IMG/VR virus record: IMGVR_UViG_3300029981_000015
Coordinates: 1-56,878 of that record
Source: a virus
Lineage: Duplodnaviria > Caudoviricetes
DNA length: 56,878 nucleotides
Reading direction: 5' to 3' (one strand)
Under the pieces are notes generated by a model. It was not told where the DNA came from and did no database searches. It worked only from the letters and a program-made list of their open reading frames with translations. Shown here piece after piece: positions 19,501 to 29,921 of the stretch. Each line of letters starts with the position of its first letter. Position 1 is the stretch's first letter. A program made the translations under genes and the position numbers.

Positions 19501-22500
19501 TAGACTCTACAAAGGCTCCATCTACTAATGCCTGTAATGGCATGTCTTTTGGATTAGCAGGATCAAATGATGCTAACATTTCTGTAACATCACTTGGCAT
19601 ACCAGAATTCTCAGATTCAATAGCCAGGAAGTCATACATTTTCTTTGTATTAAATTCATAATTCCCATCTTCACCAAATTTTAACCCAAACTCCTTCTCT
19701 ATATCAGCTTTCCCTCTGTCTGATAATTCATTTAAAGCAGAAACCCATTCTTGTTTTAATTGAGTTCCAGTTACATCATTCTTTCCATTTATAGTTATAT
19801 TTGGGTATACTACATCAGAAATTATATTTCCCATAGCGGCTTTTTGAACTTGAGTAGCCACGGCCATGGTTGCTCCTTCGTGGGGGGTAGTTGGCAATTG
19901 ATGTCTCAAGAATTCAAATGATTGCTGTGCCACCTTAATATCATCTAGAGTCGACATAACAGACCCATCTTCTCCAGTATATATTGCAATGGGATTGTCA
20001 TTATAAGTCTTAACAGCGCTACTAAATGGAGCCATATCGATCTTCTGCTGACCTATTTTAGGATTATTCATTCTTTCGTATAGATTCCTTAGATCACCAG
20101 TGGCCATAAACTTAGGCAAAAGGAACATAGCCATCTTATCCAGTTTAGGAACATTTAAACCGCTCTCAAACGAATCGCCAAAATAAACCATCTTTAATGG
20201 GTGTAAGGCCAATTGAGATACCTTTTCATATGTATCCGCATCATCCATCCAAGACAAGTCGTCAGACTCTAATAACTTAAATGCTTCTTCAACTTTAGGA
20301 GTAAAGTAATCTTCTCCAAGCCTAGTCATAATAGATCGGTACATATATGGTGATATATATACTGTAGCATCAGTTACATTTACTTTTTCATAAGCTTTAG
20401 ATTGGTTATCTATTATTTTTTCTCCTATATCAAATATGGCTTTGTTTGAAGACCTAACTGCATCTAATTCTGATTTCATTCCTGGATTAGAATATAGTTC
20501 GCTTAAATTTGGGATTCTAGATTTACCAGACTGGATTAATAATTTATTTATCTGAGCGGCATATGACTTATTCTTAATTTCATCTATTTCAGTACTTTTT
20601 ATTATGCTATCAGATATTTCAGCGACATTGAATGAAGTAATACCATTTAATGGATGCCCTTCTGGAAAACTATTTCTCAAAGCGGTGCCAGTAGACAAAA
20701 CACTAGAAAGTCTTTTTGTTTTATCATCTGAACCCTTATAATAGGCTAAGTCCTTTGATATTAATTTATCTGTTTCAAATTCTGATATTATAGAGTTTAT
20801 AGCAGTGTTTGCTAATATGTTTGTTATAGCAACCATATTAGCATCTTTTGGAGCAACGCCAGCCTTTATATAGTCAGCAACATTACTATTATATAATGCG
20901 GCGTCAAGCGCTTTATTCTCGTACATAGTACTTTTAACTATATCACCAACATTAACTCCTTCTCGTGCCATTGTAGCGGTATATTCAGAGGTAGTCCTAG
21001 ATATAAGTCCTATTTCTTCTGCATAGTCCATCTCAAATTTGGTTGCAGCTGTAATAGTAGAACTAATCATTTTAGACTTATTCTCATAAGATTCAGAAAA
21101 GAACTTCTTATCGAGTCTCTGTATCGCTTCATCCATAGCTGCATCATTACCAATGATCGGACCTCTAGTAACTATTACTTTATCTATGTAGCCATTTAGG
21201 TCCACAAATCCATTATACTCATCACCAACCGCTTTAGAATTTATATACAAACTATCAAAATATCTAAATCTTAGTCCGTTTCCATGTCCAGCAGCCCATT
21301 TACCACTATTATCATAATGATAATTATTTATTAGATTTTTTTTATTTCCATTTTCCTCTTTATATTTTGCCCAAGCTTGCTTTATAGAATTAAACTCAGA
21401 TAAATAATACCCATTAAATATATCTATTACTTCACTAGGATATGATATGGTATTTCCATTCCAAGACATCTTTTGAGACCCCTTATCTGAAGATACCATA
21501 TCAGGCATTTTAATACCAAATATAAAGCCATATGTCTTTTTATCTGCCATCGCCGGAAGTGTTATATTGCTATCTAATAAGTTAGACATCTTTATGACAT
21601 AATCCTCCATTGGACTTATGTCAAAATAATCCCTACCTTGGTCGGCAACACCTTCTTCATATATTTTAACAAATGTACCGAATGAAATTCCTTTCGAAGT
21701 TCCATTTTTAATCTGATTTAATAGTATAGACCCCTGATTAATAGGCACATCTAACATATTTTTTAGATATTCTGGATTATTAGATATTTTATCAATAACA
21801 TCAGTAACGAAATTTCTAGAAGATATTTGATACAGATTAGATCCATCTGCCCCAGGGACCATAACTTCTTGTGGATTTGGATGTGTTTGTGCATATACTT
21901 TAGCGTAATTATTTATAGATTTTTCTCCACCAAGTAGAACCTTAGGAGTTAATTCGTTTATTTTTACTCTGTTTTTACCTCCATTGTCTTTTATAATTTG
22001 AGGCAAAATAGTAGTAAATATTTTGGCAGTATCTTTATAGTCGTTCATTAATATAGAAACTGCTCTAGATCTTGTAAATCCAGGGAAATTATTACCAATG
22101 ATCCACTCCATTGTATCCATGTCTACATCTATAGACGCAGCATTAAGTAAATCTATAAATGAGTCAAGTGCTTTATTAGCATCTTCTGTTGACGACATCT
22201 TTGTGATTGACTTTGATAATTCCTTGTATCTAGATATTATAGACTCAGCATTGCTTTTGTTAAATACAAGACCATCATCCGTAACAGTATAAAGATATCC
22301 ACCAGACATCATATTCTGACCCCATAAGATAGGCAGTACTCTAGTAGCCCTATCTATGTTACTTGATATATTCCTTATTGATCTATTATACTCGCTATCA
22401 GGCTTAGCGCTATTTGAATTATATACAGTATTAACGTAATCATGCCTATGACTATACATTGTATTCCAGAACTTAGTAATAAAGTTATCATCCATTTTAG

Positions 22501-25500
22501 AAAGTCTATTCTCTAACATTATAAAGAATGGATTTTTCTTTTCATGAGCAAGAGTTTCAATTTTCTTTTTCATTGAATCTGGAGTAGTTTCTTTATGGAG
22601 TTCATAAATCATGGTATTCCATGCTAATTCAAATTCAACAAATGATGGGAATTTAGATATTGGGTCCCTAACGACCACTGCACTATTATCTTTAATTATA
22701 GTCTCAGGGATAGTCCTAATAAAGAACTTCACTTCGGCCCTTATATTATCTCTTTTTGATATCTCATAAGAAGCTTTATCGTGTTCTTGAACTTCTCTCC
22801 CAACTATACCATCTTCAACACTATCGTCTTTTGGAGTAAATTCAGTTATGCCAGTATTTTTTACTTCTGCCTTTATGGCGGGTAAAAAGTAATCGTCAAA
22901 TCTATCGTATGCTTCTTTATATAAAGAATATCTTGCAATTTCATCAGGATTATCTTTTATCTTTTCTGCAGAAGCTAATAGACTGGATTTTAATCCTTGA
23001 TAGTCTAGCTTATTTATATCATCAATAGTTTGTATTCCGCTTATTTCAAATAAATAGTAAGTTAAACTGTTAACTAGTTTATCCTTGGCTTCTACCGTCT
23101 TAATAGACTGAAGCCCTGCTTCTTTAAATCTACGTGGAGCTCCAGCGTTATCTTCATATTTAGATGTAAATGCCTCTTTATTATAGTAACTAGGTTTGAC
23201 GCCTTTTAATACTCCACGTTCTATATCTTTGTATAATCTTTCAATATCTCTATCTTTGAAATTACGTAACGCATTAAATGCATTATAAATCTTTCTAAAT
23301 GCTATATTTACAGTAGTACCATTTTCAGAATCTACATTATTTGATAGGATTCTCTCTCTAAATTTTTCTGCTAAATACTCTTCTATTTCCTTATCAGTGG
23401 CATACTTCATAGACTCATTAGAAGTTCTTACACTATCATAAATAGCCATTCTTCTAGATCTTGGTATTAATAACAATGAAGCTACGTGATACGTCTCATG
23501 GAAGTCAGTACCCTTTTCTGCTAGTTTGTACAGGTCTATTTTACCATCAGATGATAATCCCATTGCAGATTCTCCATTATGTAAAGAAATAACATCTTCA
23601 AGTACTTTTACGTCAAAATCATCACCGAGTTTACTTTTAATGAACTTAATTGATTTTTCAGTGTCTATAAAATCAACTACTTGTTTAGAGTCATCAATCA
23701 TTCTCGTTGCACCAAAATCATCAAATTCGTCTAGCGACTTAGCGCTAGGAGTAGTAATTATTTTTGGTAAAACTATATCATTTGGCAACACTGGTTTCTC
23801 GGGGTTGCTGTATTTTAGATCTATTTCTCTAAGTGCATTTTCATATAGCAACTTAGGGCCTTGACCACCATGACTAGACTTTAATCTATTTTCATAATTA
23901 ATTTTTGCAGCATCTATCTCTAATTGTTTTGCAGATTTAGTATTATCTACCACAACAGAAGGTTCCTTCCCTAATATAGTGGGATCCATTATTGGTTTGT
24001 CTACCAGAGTAACAGAAGTATTATATGCACCATTATTGACTGGTGTTATTTTTTCAGCGCCATTAGATACTGCAACTACATTAGTCATAAACAAATATGG
24101 AGGTTCAAATACTCCATCTGCAATATCCGAAGTTAATTTTTTATTCTTAATCAACCATGCAGTCCATGTTATTCCAACATCACTCCTATTTATAGAGAAT
24201 TGTTTTGTAAAATCAACAGAATTTTCATTAGGATTTCTATCGAAAAATGCTTTAATACCTGGGAATATGTCTGATACTAGATTATCCGTATTATTTTCCC
24301 TGTTCCATAAATCATCTTTATTTATAGTCCAGGTTAAATTATTATTTATAAACTCCAATATCTCTAGTTTCTGTTTTGCGCCAATAGTGTTTACCGCAAT
24401 CTTTTCTGTACCATAGTGTAATATTCCATTATCAACATAAAATTGTTTATCTTCTAAAAAGGATTTAGTAGAATCACTACTCATTTTAGTCACATCTCCA
24501 AATCCAACCATCCTATATAATAGCGATGCTGGAGTTAAACCATAAGGAGACGTAGTATTTGTTTCTATTACTTTACCAGATGGAGATAGTGTTATTTGTC
24601 TAGCGTTGCTGCCAAACATGTCTATTGCTAATTTATATACTAAATCAGCCATTTCGGGATCAGTGTTTACTTTCTTTTTGTTTACTTTTATTTTTCTTTC
24701 AGAATTTGCATCAAATGGCTCTGTTTTGGTAATAAATATAGATCCAGCATTTTCATTTACACTAGTTCCGATAGTTTCAAATAATGAAACAACCAGATTA
24801 CTACCTTTTTCACCACGTCCATAAGCTAATGTTAAATTGGTAAGCCCTAACTTATTTACATCTGGCTCATCTAGTAGTCCAACAACTTCATGCAATCCTC
24901 TCTGAATAGCCTTTCCTTCAGAAGTCCTATTTAATGCTAATTTAGATATACCTCTATCTAAACCGCCAAGCATCCTTAATTGTAATGAATTATCTGCTAT
25001 AACCTTTAATTGCTCAGTAATTATAGAATTCCTAAAATCTCTAAGTGATTGAATTTCATCAGAAGAGTACTTTAACATACCATTTTTTTCAACAACTTGC
25101 TCCCTTTCCCCTGGGTTCTTCATGTTAAAGGCAATTGTTCTAACTTCTTTCCCTTTTTTGTATTTTATTTCTACTTTAATATAGGCATTATCCCAAGTAA
25201 GTTGATCATTCGGATCATAATTATTTGGACCAACGAAGTCATTACCAGTAATAGATAAACCACCGGATTTAAATGAATACGTGTCTCCTATTCCGGAATT
25301 GTGCTTATTTACTATTATCCTAACTTCTGCAGATTTAAATGCAACAGGATCCATTAGAAACTCTCTTATTGAAGGAATCTCTACATTAGCGAATAATGTG
25401 TGGCTTATTCTATCATGTTTAATAGAATTACTTGAGACCAATCCAGGTAATTCTTCAACTAACTGATTGAAGGCCTCTGTGTCTTCATTGTCAAGTATAC

Positions 25501-28500
25501 TTTTAAACTCTACAGAACTTTCTACCGCATTTAAAACTTCTTTATTATCATAAGTCTCATTTATAGTATCTGGTAGATCTGGTTTTTGATCGACAATAAT
25601 AGAATCCTGATTTAATTGGTTTATAAGTCTGTCTATATCTGAAACTTCATCCACTACAGATTCATCATCACTACTAATATCAGTGCTTACAACAGATCCT
25701 TTTTCATCCTTAACCTCACTTGCAATAGTATCAGCCTGGATAGGAGGAGTAACTTTTTCTGGCCCAGTAGGACTTTCAGTATTAACTGGAGGAGTAACTT
25801 CAGTAACAGGTTTAGGAATCTGAGACTCTTCATAAGGACTCACTGGAGGAACTTCTTGGGTGAAAGTATCTTGTGGTTTTATATTATCAATAGATGGAGT
25901 TATTATATCAGAACTACTATGGTATTCTCCAGTTGGCTCGGGAACGACATTCCCTTCTAATTTAATGTCATCTACTATTTGCTTTGTATTTTCAGAGTCT
26001 ATTTCCTTTTTTCTACTATCCCTATACGAATCTAAAAGTTTATCAACGAATATATCATGATGTTTTGAATCCATCGTTTTTGATCCAGTATATCCAACTT
26101 TCTTATTGGTAAGCAACTTGGACATTGTACTTTCGTATTTGCCAGATATATCAGATATGTGAGAAAGTGCTAATGTTTGAATAGCATTTTTATCCATACT
26201 AGGCAGATTCAAAGAATCAATTTGCTTGGACAATTCATCAAATGAAACATTATCTTTTTCTGATCTGTCTATTATACCATAGTTTGCTAACTCATTATGA
26301 GCAAGAATAGCGGCCTCTTGTTTCTTCTTAGATAATTCGTAATTTATTATTTTGTTCTTTCTAACTGCATGTTCATTTTTAGAATCATTCTGTATGTTTA
26401 TATCCTTAAGTGATTCAAAATTAGATAATGCATCAAATAGAGCTACTGGGGATACAAGTGGGACAACATCTGGTTTTACATAGTCAGCATAACGATCTGC
26501 CATTTCAGATATAGGAGCATAATCATTTTTCTGCTTATTATAAGATGTTAGTAATTCATTTTTTACATCGTCAAATTGTTTAGCAGAATTATCATGGTCA
26601 ATAATAAGAGAAGTAAGAAGTTTATGATTCTCAGAACCAACTCCGCCGGCCCTATTTGCATAACCCATCACACTCTTGTCCTTATATACGGATAATGTAT
26701 TTTTTGCTAACTTTAATTCATTATTAATATCTTCTGGATCTATACCTACTGGAGGATTTTTTGCTAGTTTTTCTAGGTATTTAAGAGTAGCATTTTCCTT
26801 TCCATTATTAGAGGCATCTATATATGAGCTAGTTTTTTTAATCCTATCGTGCATTTGCATATCACGAAGTACTCCAGCGTTTATTACACTATTTGTCATA
26901 TCACTTGACATGCCATCAGACAAATGAATCATGGCATTATTATGTAATGCGTCTGGTTGATATCTAGAATCATTACTTATTCCAGAAACAGCAATGGGAG
27001 CAGATGGTTCGCTCTCTATAGTACTCGAAAAAGACGATGTAAGCGTCTCTGATGGACTTATTTGAGTTGGAGGTACTGCAGTGTCACTTGTAGGTTTATT
27101 TTGCTCTGTAGTAGTTTTATTTTTATCGTACTGAGCCATTAACTCATTATATACGTCATTAAATTTTGCATTTTCGGGAATGGCTTCTTTTGATATATAG
27201 TCCTTCTCTCCACTAAGGTTTACACCCAAAGCACTTCCATTGGCTGATTCTCCAGTTACTATCTGCATCCCTTTTTCAGGGGATCGTACAATAGGAATCA
27301 TACCATCAACAGAAAGGCCGCTAAGAGCAGTCCTTACTCTATTTTCTAAAGCATTTTTTTCTATATCTGGATTAACAGTTTTTGTTTTCTTATATGAATC
27401 TAATTCGTCTTTTAAATGTTGAGAAGTCATTGTAAACGTTCTCTTGATTTCATCATCATTTAATTCTACTCTTTTCCCATCTACAGTAGTACCGAATGTT
27501 TTGTCTTCTCCAGTTTTTGGATGAACGTAAACAGCCCTACCATCATTCGTAACAGATAAAGATACGTCTCCATTGGAATCAGTAGCTCTTTTAAACATTG
27601 CGGATCTAGCGGCATATGATGCATGAGCAAATGGTACTGTTGCAAGAGAGAACATTAATCCAGTTTCTAAACCAGATCTAAATGTATCCATCCATCCTTC
27701 AGCATCTGTATGTTTGCCTATAATTGCCTCATTTAATAAATTTTGAGCAACTCCAATCCCTTCCATTGTAGCAACACTATGAAGAGCACCTTTCCCAGCA
27801 GTTGTTGCAAATGACTTTATCGCACCAGGCATTTGATCTGCGAATGTTTTAAATACTCCTTTTCCAGCCTCAGAAACTACTTCTGGGTTTTTTGAAATAA
27901 AATTAAATACAGACTCTTGAACTGCTTTTAGTGGAGTCTTCTTTATTATACCACCTAACCCACTTGATAATTTTCCAAGAGGCAATGAATATATTAAGGC
28001 AGTACCTATTCCTAATGCGCTCTTCGTATCATCGCTAATTGGTTTCCCTGTCTCTTTTTCATAATTGTTTGCAAGATTTAATGCATCTGCATATCCAGTA
28101 CCAACGAAAGACGCAGTTACTCCAGCCCCAACTACTTCTGGTTGGCCAGATAATATACCTCCAATCGTAACTGCGGCTAGGGGAACAATTCCTCCTGCTT
28201 TAGCTTGCCATGTATCAGGAAGTTGACTTTCTGCTTTAGAAACATTAGTAAGATGCTCTACTGTACTAGCCTTGCTCTGTTTAGCACCTTCTGAATATAT
28301 ATCAGATAGGGTCTTATTCTCTTTATCTCCCAGGAACGTTGGAATTGCATTTCCTTCTGGATCGGTTAATAATCCTACTCTAGCATTTGCGGCAGCGGAT
28401 GTCATTCTAATCCTGGATATATCAGATATAGTTGCAACAAATTTATCTGGTATTGTCTCAGTGCCTATAGCAATACCTCTTAATGCCTGTCCTAATCCCT

Positions 28501-29899
28501 CAGAGACGTTCTGACTGACCCAATCAGAAATTGGATAGTCTTGCTTCTCTAACTTTCCAGTCTTCCCTTCGGCTCCTAATTTGGCTTCTGGAGCCAACCA
28601 CATAGAACCAAATTTTACTCCTTCTGGTTTTTGAACTCCATAACCAACTTTTAATTGGTCACTAGCACCTTTATTTATATAATTAGATACAACGTCTGAT
28701 GATTTTCTTATAGATCCAAATAAAGTATCATCTCCAATATTGGAATTATATATTTTATTCGAATTGAATGGCATAGATATATTAGAATTACTAACTATAT
28801 CATAAGGACTTGGTTTTTGATTTTGATTACCCGAACCACTAATAGCATCAGGAGTAGATGCATTAGCAATAGAGGCAGCAACTGAAGACTTGTTTTTAAT
28901 TAAGTAATCATTAACTGGTTTAACTCCAGAAGAATTTAAAGAGTCATGAGACAACTTATCAACACTAATGTTGGCCGCTGTTATAGGAGGAGTATTTTCA
29001 TTTACAGTAGATATGTCATCTGGCTTATCCTCATCATTAGCAATGGTTAGATTTTTTGACTGCTGAGTAATAGCTACGTTATCTGTACTGTCTGAATATT
29101 CTTTATTTAGATTATCTATAGATGTTTTATACCAATTATTTCCAGCAGAAGTATTATTAATATTCTTGCCTGCCATTACCTCTGACAATTTTGGTAATCC
29201 TTTATCTGAGTTCTCATCAATATTAGACCATTTTTCTAATTGTGGACCAACTTTAGTATTTAATTCAGTTAGATGCTGTGGTACTTCCCAATTATCAAGT
29301 TGTCTTAATGAAGTTGGATCGTTAACATCGGTTTTCACTGGATCAAAAAGTACGGATTGAGTTCTTTTATTCTGATAAGTATTTAATAACTCATATAAAT
29401 CAGGATTATTTGCATTATCTTTTAATGTATTTGATAAATCAACAAATGGTTTTATATTGTTTTGAATGTTATCATTTATTTTGAATAATTGATTGTCATA
29501 CAAACTAGATGCAAATTGTTTAAAAGACTGACCAGCTAAGTTACGAGTATTATATCTATCAGCCGGATACTGATTCTGTATTAGATCAGTACTTTTTGAT
29601 ACAGCAGATTGTGATTCTTGTGGAAGAGGACCCTTTATCTCAGAACTTGTAGAGTTTGCTACTGGATCAAATTTGTCTGGAGTATTTACTATAGACTGAG
29701 TAGGTTTTGCTGGAGCACTAACAGCAACTTTTGAAGGGGCTACTGCGGTTTCGGTCTTTTGTCTTTCTATTTCACTTCTTTTGTCAGCATCCTGTTCTCC
29801 ATAAGATTTATTGTCTCTGGATGGCATACTTGCAATATCAGACCATTTCAAACTACCACTACCTAGGGCTTTTCTAATATCTTCTTTAGTTATATTCAT
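16520..29899 (-). CDS. Virion-packaged RNA polymerase polyprotein (crAss-type single-chain, phi14:2 gp66-like) with zincin domain
   Basis: YRIPTQGLSS and catalytic GSDFDVDKLY (DFDVD at 19073-19087). KMVYF..LDKMA and HVDVAKDP motifs. HETYH...EEYLAE zincin at 23486-23500. 4459 aa. Confidence 0.92.
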   Translation of the reverse strand: MNITKEDIRKALGSGSLKWSDIASMPSRDNKSYGEQDADKRSEIERQKTETAVAPSKVAVSAPAKPTQSIVNTPDKFDPVANSTSSEIKGPLPQESQSAVSKSTDLIQNQYPADRYNTRNLAGQSFKQFASSLYDNQLFKINDNIQNNIKPFVDLSNTLKDNANNPDLYELLNTYQNKRTQSVLFDPVKTDVNDPTSLRQLDNWEVPQHLTELNTKVGPQLEKWSNIDENSDKGLPKLSEVMAGKNINNTSAGNNWYKTSIDNLNKEYSDSTDNVAITQQSKNLTIANDEDKPDDISTVNENTPPITAANISVDKLSHDSLNSSGVKPVNDYLIKNKSSVAASIANASTPDAISGSGNQNQKPSPYDIVSNSNISMPFNSNKIYNSNIGDDTLFGSIRKSSDVVSNYINKGASDQLKVGYGVQKPEGVKFGSMWLAPEAKLGAEGKTGKLEKQDYPISDWVSQNVSEGLGQALRGIAIGTETIPDKFVATISDISRIRMTSAAANARVGLLTDPEGNAIPTFLGDKENKTLSDIYSEGAKQSKASTVEHLTNVSKAESQLPDTWQAKAGGIVPLAAVTIGGILSGQPEVVGAGVTASFVGTGYADALNLANNYEKETGKPISDDTKSALGIGTALIYSLPLGKLSSGLGGIIKKTPLKAVQESVFNFISKNPEVVSEAGKGVFKTFADQMPGAIKSFATTAGKGALHSVATMEGIGVAQNLLNEAIIGKHTDAEGWMDTFRSGLETGLMFSLATVPFAHASYAARSAMFKRATDSNGDVSLSVTNDGRAVYVHPKTGEDKTFGTTVDGKRVELNDDEIKRTFTMTSQHLKDELDSYKKTKTVNPDIEKNALENRVRTALSGLSVDGMIPIVRSPEKGMQIVTGESANGSALGVNLSGEKDYISKEAIPENAKFNDVYNELMAQYDKNKTTTEQNKPTSDTAVPPTQISPSETLTSSFSSTIESEPSAPIAVSGISNDSRYQPDALHNNAMIHLSDGMSSDMTNSVINAGVLRDMQMHDRIKKTSSYIDASNNGKENATLKYLEKLAKNPPVGIDPEDINNELKLAKNTLSVYKDKSVMGYANRAGGVGSENHKLLTSLIIDHDNSAKQFDDVKNELLTSYNKQKNDYAPISEMADRYADYVKPDVVPLVSPVALFDALSNFESLKDINIQNDSKNEHAVRKNKIINYELSKKKQEAAILAHNELANYGIIDRSEKDNVSFDELSKQIDSLNLPSMDKNAIQTLALSHISDISGKYESTMSKLLTNKKVGYTGSKTMDSKHHDIFVDKLLDSYRDSRKKEIDSENTKQIVDDIKLEGNVVPEPTGEYHSSSDIITPSIDNIKPQDTFTQEVPPVSPYEESQIPKPVTEVTPPVNTESPTGPEKVTPPIQADTIASEVKDEKGSVVSTDISSDDESVVDEVSDIDRLINQLNQDSIIVDQKPDLPDTINETYDNKEVLNAVESSVEFKSILDNEDTEAFNQLVEELPGLVSSNSIKHDRISHTLFANVEIPSIREFLMDPVAFKSAEVRIIVNKHNSGIGDTYSFKSGGLSITGNDFVGPNNYDPNDQLTWDNAYIKVEIKYKKGKEVRTIAFNMKNPGEREQVVEKNGMLKYSSDEIQSLRDFRNSIITEQLKVIADNSLQLRMLGGLDRGISKLALNRTSEGKAIQRGLHEVVGLLDEPDVNKLGLTNLTLAYGRGEKGSNLVVSLFETIGTSVNENAGSIFITKTEPFDANSERKIKVNKKKVNTDPEMADLVYKLAIDMFGSNARQITLSPSGKVIETNTTSPYGLTPASLLYRMVGFGDVTKMSSDSTKSFLEDKQFYVDNGILHYGTEKIAVNTIGAKQKLEILEFINNNLTWTINKDDLWNRENNTDNLVSDIFPGIKAFFDRNPNENSVDFTKQFSINRSDVGITWTAWLIKNKKLTSDIADGVFEPPYLFMTNVVAVSNGAEKITPVNNGAYNTSVTLVDKPIMDPTILGKEPSVVVDNTKSAKQLEIDAAKINYENRLKSSHGGQGPKLLYENALREIDLKYSNPEKPVLPNDIVLPKIITTPSAKSLDEFDDFGATRMIDDSKQVVDFIDTEKSIKFIKSKLGDDFDVKVLEDVISLHNGESAMGLSSDGKIDLYKLAEKGTDFHETYHVASLLLIPRSRRMAIYDSVRTSNESMKYATDKEIEEYLAEKFRERILSNNVDSENGTTVNIAFRKIYNAFNALRNFKDRDIERLYKDIERGVLKGVKPSYYNKEAFTSKYEDNAGAPRRFKEAGLQSIKTVEAKDKLVNSLTYYLFEISGIQTIDDINKLDYQGLKSSLLASAEKIKDNPDEIARYSLYKEAYDRFDDYFLPAIKAEVKNTGITEFTPKDDSVEDGIVGREVQEHDKASYEISKRDNIRAEVKFFIRTIPETIIKDNSAVVVRDPISKFPSFVEFELAWNTMIYELHKETTPDSMKKKIETLAHEKKNPFFIMLENRLSKMDDNFITKFWNTMYSHRHDYVNTVYNSNSAKPDSEYNRSIRNISSNIDRATRVLPILWGQNMMSGGYLYTVTDDGLVFNKSNAESIISRYKELSKSITKMSSTEDANKALDSFIDLLNAASIDVDMDTMEWIIGNNFPGFTRSRAVSILMNDYKDTAKIFTTILPQIIKDNGGKNRVKINELTPKVLLGGEKSINNYAKVYAQTHPNPQEVMVPGADGSNLYQISSRNFVTDVIDKISNNPEYLKNMLDVPINQGSILLNQIKNGTSKGISFGTFVKIYEEGVADQGRDYFDISPMEDYVIKMSNLLDSNITLPAMADKKTYGFIFGIKMPDMVSSDKGSQKMSWNGNTISYPSEVIDIFNGYYLSEFNSIKQAWAKYKEENGNKKNLINNYHYDNSGKWAAGHGNGLRFRYFDSLYINSKAVGDEYNGFVDLNGYIDKVIVTRGPIIGNDAAMDEAIQRLDKKFFSESYENKSKMISSTITAATKFEMDYAEEIGLISRTTSEYTATMAREGVNVGDIVKSTMYENKALDAALYNSNVADYIKAGVAPKDANMVAITNILANTAINSIISEFETDKLISKDLAYYKGSDDKTKRLSSVLSTGTALRNSFPEGHPLNGITSFNVAEISDSIIKSTEIDEIKNKSYAAQINKLLIQSGKSRIPNLSELYSNPGMKSELDAVRSSNKAIFDIGEKIIDNQSKAYEKVNVTDATVYISPYMYRSIMTRLGEDYFTPKVEEAFKLLESDDLSWMDDADTYEKVSQLALHPLKMVYFGDSFESGLNVPKLDKMAMFLLPKFMATGDLRNLYERMNNPKIGQQKIDMAPFSSAVKTYNDNPIAIYTGEDGSVMSTLDDIKVAQQSFEFLRHQLPTTPHEGATMAVATQVQKAAMGNIISDVVYPNITINGKNDVTGTQLKQEWVSALNELSDRGKADIEKEFGLKFGEDGNYEFNTKKMYDFLAIESENSGMPSDVTEMLASFDPANPKDMPLQALVDGAFVESKILSHILKSTVDVNTPGGMFIQMTPFGLKSFDNTNTQYKINGGNKLKFYNPDGSMDVVISITMFKDILPSDLNTHNAKIQWLLDNNIIGENSATCAIGYRIPTQGLSSIISAKFVDCLPEFMGDTIIMPDEFTALTGSDFDVDKLYISRYNFVKSGDKFIKAQMDDSKENKFQTNSAKAIQNRFIDVMLAVVSNPDSINETRIPLDAVTDPVKSALKEIDKCNKDDMINIPFAKSRLSYESRKKMEYASGKGGIPTFALAGVHHVLTQIAGLKFKDNNVVSKFGLEDIAKINGSDGLRILDWLSAMVNAHVDVAKDPYIIRMGVNQGTYKMTALLLRAGYGEKTFFFLSQPSLKDIYKVLARKGSEYLTGNRNSDKSSIDKEVNNMIAFYKKKAKETAKSSFDQKKLENLYEENDKGFVKIHNENAFNKNTLINNMARTNVTGFDHYYGQLVVLETYKELSKYASALSELVKYSQVDTKKAGNAFSAQRLFADKVNEIMMDPNSLFANVGDFFNNTFIYNKLNNSAGLSKNLSQGVFFRSTKSVEMSTDRILDAMGRRNLDNRDIITKISKYVDTKLKSDFFDKLSKEREVNVPKMFFGEHTMAKRLFSIQQRFPEDVKSNYFLRGMSAEIYSRLEAERPDQIRPRDNNTNEPGLTEKLKQHYSSALDSDNTEMSEFAKDFLLYQFYSTGDNYASNTVKISEYDRRDTGYYRFIADKLDELSSNDNEALTIPDIVDIFENRWYDEDLVPTVQHFGYTQEGKVFMPKIDSTKTINGVQYPLAFFNTNAFPLSGLGNIEENRPFVKIQMFPKEDQPFYVLYRLYGTSSVEGQSFPIPMYIAIDKKGSKKNALSMIEHNVNHSMVKNNILPESFSSKNRIGAQEYGEAASMAGQYNGLYANVKPSNILTFDLKNKEIISNIESVVEPTVTDVVNEPNKVEETTFTVEDMPSDGIDKKQIETINEGFKRSGLKEMTEEQFNSMDKDLLESLKACFGA

Positions 29900-29921
29900 T
29901 ATTACTTTTTATTGGTATTGG

